Below, in pieces: positions 48,050-56,096 of a stretch of DNA of 64,000 nucleotides. Under the pieces are notes generated by a model. That model searched no databases. It saw only the letters and a program-made list of their open reading frames with translations, and was not told the origin of the DNA. Both the position numbers and the translations under genes were made by a program. The stretch is taken from assembly GCA_001779315.1 (NCBI GenBank), contig MFJU01000004.1:6753-70752 (forward strand), written 5' to 3'. Origin of the DNA: Candidatus Gottesmanbacteria bacterium RIFCSPLOWO2_01_FULL_42_22 (GTDB taxonomy: Bacteria; Patescibacteriota; Microgenomatia; 2-02-FULL-39-11). The first letter of the stretch is position 1. Every line of letters begins with the position of its first letter.

Positions 48050-50773
48050 TCACATTCTCTCGACAGTCTCAATCCCCAGAAGCCATAAACCTTTTTTGAT
48101 TATTTTTGAGGTTGTATGCGTTAAAGCCAGCCTGAATAGGGAAGCTTGATTTTGCTTTTGATTGCCCAAAATCAGGTGTTTACTGTAAAAAACATTGTAC
48201 TTCTGAGCCAAACCGTATAAATAGGCAGCTATTGCCGAAGGCAAAAAATTCCTGCCGGCCTCTAAAACGACCTCTTCAAACTGATAAAACGTTCTCAACA
48301 GATCTTTTTCTTCTTCATTTAACTTTTTTCCATACTTAATACTTGATACCATATACTTAATACCGCGATCTTCGGCCTTACGAAGCACACTCCGGCATCT
48401 GGCATAGGTATATTGCAAATACGGCCCGCTGTCGCCCTCGAAATTGACCGACTTTTCCAAATCAAAAACAATGTCAGCCGGCAGAGCTACTTTCAAAAGC
48501 GAATATTTTATGGCGGCCACCGCAGTTTTCTCCAAAATAAGCTCGGATTCCGCTTTTGTGTAGTTGTCTGATCCGGTATTATGCAGCCTCTCTTTCAGCT
48601 TCGTTTTAACCATTTCCAGGAGCGCTTCTCCGGATATTATCTTGCCGGTCCTGGAGCTCATTTTGCCTTCCGGCAGTTTGACGAGGCCGTGTCCGAGATG
48701 TCTGGTTTTAGAAGCCAAATCAGGCTTGACGAGTGACAGCACCTTCAATAAAACCTGGAAATACTCATTGATCTCTTTGGCCGTAACGATCATCGAAAAA
48801 TCATACTGGAAGTCTTTATATTTAGTCGGCGCCAACCCCAACTCTTTAGTTTCATATGTCGGCAAACCTAATGCGTTGATAAATACACGGGTGTGAAGAC
48901 CGTATTTTTCTCCCCGGAAGACTGTCGCTCCCTCGCTTTTTTCGAAAATACCCTTTTCCAAACCTTCTTTGACAATCTGCAGGCCGTATTCACCGACAAT
49001 CGATTCCGGGTAATAGTAATCAAATTTTGCTCCCAGACGCCTATAAATGCTTTCAAAATAAGCTAAACTCCACTCCCGGCCCTTTTGAAACAGACTGCCC
49101 ACTTCCTGAATTTCTTTTTCATCTGCTTTGACGAATTGCCGGTAATTAATCCGGGGCTCCCATTTCATCTTTTTCTGCATGTAATCCTGGGCGGCAACAA
49201 AGACCAGATAGTTTATCTTATTCATCTCTTCCTTAGCTTTCTCATCCTCTTCGAAAGCGGTCGCACCAATTGCATAAGCTTCACCCAGATACTTCACTTT
49301 TTGAGTTAAGGATTTATTATCCATGTTTTTGGCCAGCTTCTTCATCCCCCAGATTGATTTGGCCACATGCATGCCGACATCGCCGAAATAATTCGCCCGT
49401 GCAACCTTGGCGCCCAACTCTTCATTTATCCTGGCAATAGATTCCCCTACGCTGTTACTGTATACGTGACCGATGTGAAACTCCTTAAAGGGATTGGGGT
49501 CGGTAAACTCTATAATCATCTTTTTACCTGTTTTCACGCTCTTTCCATAATCTGGCGCTCGTCCCATTTGACTGATAAGGTATTTTTCAGCCAGGAAGAT
49601 GTTGATAAAGCCGGGAAGCACTGCTTTTACATTCTCCAGGACATCTGATACTATAAATTTACTACCAGTATAATCATTACTATAAGTACTATATGACATC
49701 GATTGACCGCTTCCTATATACTTATTTAGTTGTTGGCTTATCTTTTCCGCTAATTCAATAGGTTTGACTTTTATTTTAGAAGCCGTAATCATGGCTAGAT
49801 TAGATGAATAATCCCCATAGTTTTTGCTGGAAGGATGCTCGAGTTTTATATCCCCGTATCTGATTCCAGAGTCCGGATAAAGTTTTTGAAAGGCCGAAAG
49901 AAGGGCGGATTTGATTTTTTTATCCGTGGAAACTTCGGCGTTTTCCAGTAAAGGATTGACCGCGGTTTTACTTTTTTCCGGGACTTTTTTTACTTTTTTC
50001 TCCCTTTCCCCGGATTTGATTAAGTCCTGTTTATTTTCTTTTAAATGTTCTTTTTTTGCCCGTTCAAAGGAAAACTCGATTGACTGTTTGTTTTGGGATA
50101 GAATTGCGGATTCGGTCCCGGCCTTAAAATGCATCTTTATATGTTGCTCCGCCTCTTCCAGAGCCTCGCTCAACTTCTCACGGGATAATGACGGCGCTTT
50201 TTCGACAACCAGGACGGCGTTGACCGTCTCTTTATCAATCTTTGTCCTGTCAGCCTCCCGCCAGTTCCATTTGCGGCAGATAAAGCCCTCCTCGTCCTGG
50301 TAGATGACTTCCCCGGGATCGCACTTTTCAGGCTGTGTTGAGCCGATAGTTATCCCCTCCTCATTGCCGGAAGCAAAAGTCAGCCGGATATCACCTTTAA
50401 CCTTATCCAGGTCCTCTGCTCCGGCCGGGAGGTGAAATTTTAATGACAGGTAGTTATAGAGATCTACTAGCTTGTTGATATGCGGTATTTCCTTATTACC
50501 GGCTCTAGCCCGTCTCAACAATGATTCAACCGAAGAGCGATAATCTTTGGGATGAGAGCCAAACGAGCGGTATATCTCGCGCCACTGGGAAATTTCCGGC
50601 AGGCTACCTATCTCCGTCTCGGCTAAAAGCATCTTCTGATTGGCCTCCTCTATCCGCAGCAGCTTCAAAATCTCCTCATTCCGGCCTGTATTATCCATCC
50701 CTTTGATGACAATCACCCCGATCTCAACCCCCGGATATTTCTCAAAAATTTGATTGATTATGATAAATTTCAT
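48050..50773 (-). CDS. argS: Arginine--tRNA ligase with N-terminal B3/4 (PheRS-beta-like editing) domain
   Basis: N-terminal WREIYRSFG...YRSSVESLLRR...INKLVDLYNYLSL...GAEDLD...ICRKWNWREADRTKI (B3/4); then YGDYSSN, EFTDPNPFKEFHIGH, KMSSRTG, FEGDSGPYLQYTYAR, GIETVERM. Start MKFII at 50773. Confidence 0.95.
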   Translation of the reverse strand: MKFIIINQIFEKYPGVEIGVIVIKGMDNTGRNEEILKLLRIEEANQKMLLAETEIGSLPEISQWREIYRSFGSHPKDYRSSVESLLRRARAGNKEIPHINKLVDLYNYLSLKFHLPAGAEDLDKVKGDIRLTFASGNEEGITIGSTQPEKCDPGEVIYQDEEGFICRKWNWREADRTKIDKETVNAVLVVEKAPSLSREKLSEALEEAEQHIKMHFKAGTESAILSQNKQSIEFSFERAKKEHLKENKQDLIKSGEREKKVKKVPEKSKTAVNPLLENAEVSTDKKIKSALLSAFQKLYPDSGIRYGDIKLEHPSSKNYGDYSSNLAMITASKIKVKPIELAEKISQQLNKYIGSGQSMSYSTYSNDYTGSKFIVSDVLENVKAVLPGFINIFLAEKYLISQMGRAPDYGKSVKTGKKMIIEFTDPNPFKEFHIGHVYSNSVGESIARINEELGAKVARANYFGDVGMHVAKSIWGMKKLAKNMDNKSLTQKVKYLGEAYAIGATAFEEDEKAKEEMNKINYLVFVAAQDYMQKKMKWEPRINYRQFVKADEKEIQEVGSLFQKGREWSLAYFESIYRRLGAKFDYYYPESIVGEYGLQIVKEGLEKGIFEKSEGATVFRGEKYGLHTRVFINALGLPTYETKELGLAPTKYKDFQYDFSMIVTAKEINEYFQVLLKVLSLVKPDLASKTRHLGHGLVKLPEGKMSSRTGKIISGEALLEMVKTKLKERLHNTGSDNYTKAESELILEKTAVAAIKYSLLKVALPADIVFDLEKSVNFEGDSGPYLQYTYARCRSVLRKAEDRGIKYMVSSIKYGKKLNEEEKDLLRTFYQFEEVVLEAGRNFLPSAIAAYLYGLAQKYNVFYSKHLILGNQKQNQASLFRLALTHTTSKIIKKGLWLLGIETVERM

Positions 50774-50828
50774 CTTGACTTGCCTCTTTTTATTTGATAT
50801 ATTCAAAACATAAAACTGAGGGAAGATT

Positions 50829-51341
50829 CTAATTTAGGGTCTCCCTCTTTTTTTTATACTCTAGTAAATACTTCAGGCTCCCAAAATCAATATGTTTGTC
50901 CCCCACTATCTTTTTTAACTCTTTCGCTGTTCTTTTTGGAGATGAAATAATAATTATTTCCTTCTTCTTTGAAATCAAATATTTAAAAAGCGGCGCAAAA
51001 TCTCCATCTCCGGTCAGAACAATGGCTTTGTGATATTCTTTTATCATTAAAAGCATATCCATGGTTAAATCGACATCACAATTTGCTTTTGTGCGCGTTC
51101 CGAATCTCTTGATTTCCTTTACTCTTAAAATATAACCGAACTGTTTTAGTTTCTTCAAAAAATTCTCTTTATGTATATTTTTTGAATCCTTCCCATAATA
51201 AAAGAAAGCTTTTTTAACCGAAAATTTATACTTTAAATACCTGATTAATTTTTTCTGGTCGATATACCAGCCTTCCGCTTTGGCACCGTAAATTATGTTT
51301 GAAGCGTCTACAAAGGCAAAACAACCGATCTTTCTTTTCAT
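50829..51341 (-). CDS. NYN domain (LabA/DUF88) protein
   Basis: FVDASNI, KANCDVDLTMD, LTGDGDFAPL. Confidence 0.9.
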   Translation of the reverse strand: MKRKIGCFAFVDASNIIYGAKAEGWYIDQKKLIRYLKYKFSVKKAFFYYGKDSKNIHKENFLKKLKQFGYILRVKEIKRFGTRTKANCDVDLTMDMLLMIKEYHKAIVLTGDGDFAPLFKYLISKKKEIIIISSPKRTAKELKKIVGDKHIDFGSLKYLLEYKKKRETLN

Positions 51342-51359
51342 TGAAGGTTTGACTTCATT

Positions 51360-52613
51360 CTACTTAATCTGTTTCTGGTTGGAAAGCCTCATCTGCAGAG
51401 AATATATCTCTATAAATCCGGCGGAACAATTGGTATTAAAGGCAAAACCGTCACTATTGGAAAATGAGGCATAATCCAGCGCATACGGAGATTCCAAAGC
51501 AACTATTGTCGCCTGGCCTTTATACAACCTTACTGTAACTTTTCCGATTACTTTTTTATTAACCTCCTCATTGAAACAATTGATAGCCTTCATTACAGGA
51601 TCAAACCATAAAGCACCATAACATAAATAACCCCACTTTATGTCCAGTTCCGACTTCAACTGGTTCAGTTTTCTGGTCGAGACATACTTTTCCAGATCCT
51701 TATGGGCGGCAATAATGACCGCAGCAGCGGGCATTTCATAAACGCCTCTGGTCTTGAGGCCAACCAGCCTGTCTTCCAAAAGATGGACCACTCCGACTCC
51801 ATGTTTTCCAACAATCACATTCAGCTTCTGGACAAGATCGGCCAATTTATACTTTTTGCCATTCAGGCTGACCGGTAAACCATTCTCAAATTCCAGAACG
51901 ATTACTTCCTCTTTATCCGGCGCTTTGCTGGCTAAAGTATAAGTTGTCAGAAATTTTTCCAGTTGGGGAATTTCACTGGGGATTTCCACCTCACCTCCTT
52001 CCCAGGTCATGCCCCACATATTGTCATCGACACTATAGGGAAAATCAATTGAAGAGGGAATGGGAATCTTATTTTTCTGGGCATATTTGATTTCCTCACT
52101 CCTATCCATCGACCATTCCCTGACAGGTGCGATGATTTTTATTTTGGGATCATGGGTCAGAATATAGCCTTCCAGCCTGACCTGGTCATTGCCTTTTCCG
52201 GTACAGCCGTGGGCTATCGTCTCTACTTCGAGCTTCTTGGCGGCTTCGACAGTTTTGACAGCCATCAAAGCCCTACCTATAGGTGTCGACAAATGGTAAT
52301 TTCCCTGGTATGAGGCGTTGGCCTTGATTGCCAAAGAAAGATAACTTTCGGCAAACTCGTCTTTGACATTCCAGACTAGGGCTTTTTTAGCCCCAAACCT
52401 CACTGCTTTCTGGCGGATGGCTTCCAGATTATCATGTTGCTGCCCCAAATCAAGGGTCAGCGTATAAACTTCCGCCTTGTATTGGTCCTGAATCCACTTC
52501 AGCATGACGCTGGTATCCAGGCCTCCCGAATACAGAAGCAGTACTTTTTTGACTTCTCCGTAATTTCCTTCATAACTTGAGACTTTTTTATATAAATGGT
52601 TATTTTTTAGCAT
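51360..52613 (-). CDS. argG: Argininosuccinate synthase
   Basis: LYSGGLDTS, AHGCTGKGNDQVRLE, YSVDDNMWG, EDRLVGLKTRGVYEMP. Confidence 0.96.
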   Translation of the reverse strand: MLKNNHLYKKVSSYEGNYGEVKKVLLLYSGGLDTSVMLKWIQDQYKAEVYTLTLDLGQQHDNLEAIRQKAVRFGAKKALVWNVKDEFAESYLSLAIKANASYQGNYHLSTPIGRALMAVKTVEAAKKLEVETIAHGCTGKGNDQVRLEGYILTHDPKIKIIAPVREWSMDRSEEIKYAQKNKIPIPSSIDFPYSVDDNMWGMTWEGGEVEIPSEIPQLEKFLTTYTLASKAPDKEEVIVLEFENGLPVSLNGKKYKLADLVQKLNVIVGKHGVGVVHLLEDRLVGLKTRGVYEMPAAAVIIAAHKDLEKYVSTRKLNQLKSELDIKWGYLCYGALWFDPVMKAINCFNEEVNKKVIGKVTVRLYKGQATIVALESPYALDYASFSNSDGFAFNTNCSAGFIEIYSLQMRLSNQKQIK

Positions 52614-52657
52614 AATATTAAAATTAATAAATCTTTATATAATTCTACTTCCAGACT

Positions 52658-53845
52658 TCATCTCTGCCGGTATCGCGCGGCAATTCTTCTGTATGCCTGC
52701 CTGAATGAATGGCCTTTTTTTACTAATTTATAAGCCTCCTCTGCCGCATGCAATTCGGGTGTATCAGCCTGTTCTAATTTTTCTTTGACCGGTTTCAAAT
52801 TCTTAACCAGAATCAGCATCATTTCCAGTGACTCTAAAGTCTGTTCTATACTGTCAAACAAAGGCCTTTTGATTTCCTGGAAATCCCTGTGATAACCGGA
52901 CATCAAATTGGCTGCCAAGCCGGTAATATTTATGTAATTGGCTGTCAGGCGGTGAACTTTACTCCTGAGAAGCTCGGCTATATCCAAATTCTTTTTATGG
53001 GGCATGATGGAACTGCCGCTGGTTAAAGACTTATCAATCTCTATAAAACCCAAAGTATCTGAAGAAAAGAACAACAAATCAGAGACAAATTTATTGATAG
53101 TCAAGGCTAATGAGATTAAAGAGGAAACAACCACAGCCTCGGATTTACCGCGGCTGTTTTGGCAATATAGAGCATTCTCAATAATAGCAGAGAAACCGAT
53201 ATCAGAAGCAGCAGCTGATCTGGGATAATCAAGAGGCAGACCATAGCCGGCACCTGTGCCTAACGCTGATTTATCTGTAATCTTTAAAGCAGCTTTCATC
53301 TGAATTACGTCATCCTGGAAACTCTCGGAGAAACTATGTAGCCAGGCTCCGAAAGTATAAGGCATGGCTTTTCTCGTATGGGTGAATCCGGGCATAAATA
53401 ACTTTGAATATTTATCTCCCGATTGATCGATCAGTCTCATCGCAGCCTTTACTTTTTTGATGATTTCCTCCAAATTTTCTTTGATATATAACCTGGTAGC
53501 CGTTGCCACCTGGTCGTTTCTGGATCTGGCGGTATGGATCTTCTCTCCGGCCAAACCAAGTTTTTCTGTCAGGTGCGCTTCGATTGCCGTATGCATGTCC
53601 TCATCACCCATTTTCAAATGAAATTTCCCTTGCTCAACTAGAATAGTTAGACTATTGAGACAATCCAAAACCTGCCTCAATTCTTTTTTTCCGTAAATGC
53701 CCATCAGAAACAGGCTCTTAGCATGGGCTTTTGTACCTAAAAGGTCATATTTTAGCAGTTTTTGATCCATGGCAAGATCTTCCTTTGTCTCAAAGGCTTC
53801 GACTTTTTTATCCAATTCCCAGTTTGTCTGCCAAAGTTTTTTCAT
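52658..53845 (-). CDS. argH: Argininosuccinate lyase
   Basis: Start MKKLW at 53845; IHTARSRNDQVAT, MPGFTH, TSGSSIMPHKKNLD, GYHRDFQ, FRQAY. Confidence 0.93.
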   Translation of the reverse strand: MKKLWQTNWELDKKVEAFETKEDLAMDQKLLKYDLLGTKAHAKSLFLMGIYGKKELRQVLDCLNSLTILVEQGKFHLKMGDEDMHTAIEAHLTEKLGLAGEKIHTARSRNDQVATATRLYIKENLEEIIKKVKAAMRLIDQSGDKYSKLFMPGFTHTRKAMPYTFGAWLHSFSESFQDDVIQMKAALKITDKSALGTGAGYGLPLDYPRSAAASDIGFSAIIENALYCQNSRGKSEAVVVSSLISLALTINKFVSDLLFFSSDTLGFIEIDKSLTSGSSIMPHKKNLDIAELLRSKVHRLTANYINITGLAANLMSGYHRDFQEIKRPLFDSIEQTLESLEMMLILVKNLKPVKEKLEQADTPELHAAEEAYKLVKKGHSFRQAYRRIAARYRQR

Positions 53846-53847
53846 AT

Positions 53848-53897
53848 AAAAACTCCCGTCTCCTGCTACAAAATATTTGTAACAAAGGACGGGAGTT
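53848..53897 (-). terminator. T-box terminator / SD-sequestering hairpin
   Basis: AACUCCCGUC-CUUUGUUACAAA-UAU-UUUGUAGCAGGA-GACGGGAGUU then UUU-AU-AUG; the 3' arm contains GGGAG 7 nt before the argH AUG. Confidence 0.8.
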
Positions 53898-54105
53898 CCC
53901 GTGGTGCCACCTTTATTCTCAACTGCACAATAAAACTTCTGTTTTTTACCCGCCGTAGCTTTATGCGAAGGTGGGTAAGCCTTGACAGAAGTCACAGTTG
54001 ACTCAATTTTATGAAACCTACTTAGTCCCGCCAATCGGCGGGGCTTTTCTTCAGTTCCTGGCTCCGGGGCTCGTCCTCCGATTCGGAGGGTTCCCCTTCA
54101 TCGCC
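53848..54105 (-). ncRNA. T-box riboswitch (Arg, CGA specifier, ultrashort Stem I)
   Basis: Stem I GGC-GAUGAA-GGGG-AAC-CCUCCG-AAU-CGGAGG-ACGAG-CCCC-GGA-GCC (54105-54060); Stem II with GAA/AGUA S-turn; T-box AAUAAAGGUGGCACCACGGG (53917-53898); antiterminator and competing hairpin. Confidence 0.9.
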
Positions 54106-54250
54106 TATTTGGATGTCATCTTCTATTATACACGGACTGTCAATACTCTAATAATCTGATTGCCTGGACTAATGCCCGGGCATGAGGATCGAACAGATCA
54201 TCTGATTATGGTTTGAATCAATGCCCGGCGACCTGTTATGCTGAAAAAGC

Positions 54251-54946
54251 ATGGACACTTCATTTGAAAGGCCGCCCGCAGAAAAACAGAATTTTCCATC
54301 TGGAAAATTGGTTGATAGTTTTTTGAATTTCTATTCAAATATATTCAAACTTCCCGGAAGACCTTCAGCGGAAGAATTCGGGCTCTATGAGAGAAGCGAT
54401 CTGGAATCATTTATTGCCGGGCTGCCCAAACAGGAAGCTGATTACTGGCGGCATTTGGTTAAAATTATAGGACGCTCTCATGACGTCAATTATTGGGCGG
54501 TGCAGCCTGGTTCGAATATGGAGAACTTTAACCGGTCGATCGCTGCTTTTCAGGAAATTTCCAATTCAGGTTTTTTTTCTTACCCTGCTGTCAAAAAAGC
54601 TCAGGATATTTATGAAAAAACTTTACGGAAAATTCGTTCGGAAAAAGGAGGTTTTATCCCTCAATCTTATGTCGAGTATAAAAAAGACGGAAGTTTTTCA
54701 GATTGGGATATTGCCGTTAAAGGGGTATTTCTCAGAAGCGGCATAGATTGGCAGTCGAAGACAACCGGCTCGGAAGCCGATCTTTACCTGACGTTAGGTA
54801 AAGCAGCCGGCAATGCTTCGCTTAAATTTGCCGAGATAATGAATGAAAAACCCGGTTTGATAGGCCGGTTTATTTCCGCTATAAAAAACAGACTTACTTA
54901 CCCTCTTAAACCGCTAGAACAAGCTGTCAAGATTCCTGTTGGCTGA
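54251..54946 (+). CDS. Hypothetical protein
   Basis: 231-aa ORF with no recognised motif. Confidence 0.7.
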   Translation: MDTSFERPPAEKQNFPSGKLVDSFLNFYSNIFKLPGRPSAEEFGLYERSDLESFIAGLPKQEADYWRHLVKIIGRSHDVNYWAVQPGSNMENFNRSIAAFQEISNSGFFSYPAVKKAQDIYEKTLRKIRSEKGGFIPQSYVEYKKDGSFSDWDIAVKGVFLRSGIDWQSKTTGSEADLYLTLGKAAGNASLKFAEIMNEKPGLIGRFISAIKNRLTYPLKPLEQAVKIPVG

Positions 54947-54964
54947 ATATTTATGGGACGAAAA

Positions 54965-55957
54965 TCAGTCGCCGAAGCCGTAATTGAGGTTTTCCGTCGG
55001 AGGAACTTCGCCATTGCCTTCAAATCCAATATCCGGATACGAGGGATCGCCTACCCTTTCATCAGTGACGCCCATGACTTCATTCTCATCCTCAGACAGC
55101 GATTGTTGTCCTTCATCGATTACCGGCGGCACATTGACTTCTTCATTATCATCATCTTCTTCTATAACTGTCGGGTTAATAATTTGCGGAATGAGATTTG
55201 GCTCGACTTGGATTACTTCAGCAGGTCGAGAATATGCTCTTGCCCAGACTGCTTCGCTGGTATAAAGCGCCCGGTCACCTTTTTGAGGCACAATGGCAAA
55301 ATAATAGCCGCGTCCCGGGACCAGACGGCTGACAGTGTAAGAATTGGTTTTACCGATATTTAAAGCTCCGTATTGATATTCGCCTCTTTTTTCTCCATAT
55401 ACCAGATGATAATTATCAGCATCATCAGTTGAAACATATGAAAGTGAAACCTGTCCAACACCCGGACCTGTCCAAGCTTTCAATACAATTGATGTATTGC
55501 TGGATACTCCGGCCTGCCCCGCAGAAATTGCAGATGTAGGCGGGGTTTTGGGCATCACCACTTGTCCCCAACCGGAAACAGCTGAAAATTCTTCGGAAAA
55601 CGGACTGGCGGAACAATCACGGGCAGCTGACAGACGGAAATAATATTTCTGTCCGGGATTAAGATAACCGACGCTATAAGATCTTGACGACTGGCCGCCG
55701 ATATTATCAGCTCCATAAAGATAATGTCCGCTTTCCGTTCCGTAGGCGACAGCATAACGGTTGGCGTAAGAAACTTCATCCCAGGAAATTGTCACCTGTC
55801 CGGCCCCCGGTCCTGTTTTTGCTGAAACACGGGAGGGTTGAGGAGGATATGGACCACCGCAATCGCCGGCCATTATTAACTCCGGTTTAAAAGCCGATAA
55901 ACTAACAAGAGTTAAAATCGCCAATCCGGCGGTTATAAACTTTTTCTGAAATGTCAT
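54965..55957 (-). CDS. Exported protein with two fibronectin type III domains and an acidic tail
   Basis: Signal peptide; duplicated GPG.GQV.(I/L)S...Y...YG...G.Y.YGA.NIG...SY.V..L.PG..YYF. Confidence 0.88.
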   Translation of the reverse strand: MTFQKKFITAGLAILTLVSLSAFKPELIMAGDCGGPYPPQPSRVSAKTGPGAGQVTISWDEVSYANRYAVAYGTESGHYLYGADNIGGQSSRSYSVGYLNPGQKYYFRLSAARDCSASPFSEEFSAVSGWGQVVMPKTPPTSAISAGQAGVSSNTSIVLKAWTGPGVGQVSLSYVSTDDADNYHLVYGEKRGEYQYGALNIGKTNSYTVSRLVPGRGYYFAIVPQKGDRALYTSEAVWARAYSRPAEVIQVEPNLIPQIINPTVIEEDDDNEEVNVPPVIDEGQQSLSEDENEVMGVTDERVGDPSYPDIGFEGNGEVPPTENLNYGFGD

Positions 55958-56096
55958 CTAAATCTAATGTAAGAAGTTATTATCGGGATTGTCAACCTAC
56001 TACTTATTCCCCAATCTATATATCAATATATAAATAAAGACATCAAAAGTTATCTGTCGGCCCCGGATTTGGTGTCTTGACAGTCCTTTCTCCCAT

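Noticed and set aside
53846-54034. 63-codon N-terminal extension of ArgH in the ORF track
   Set aside because: It is a chance open frame through the T-box leader (GGTTGTPV is the translated T-box). ArgH homology starts at MKKLW.
54125-54143. TTGACA-7-TATAAT as a canonical promoter for the T-box leader
   Set aside because: The spacing is far too short; only the -10 box is plausible.
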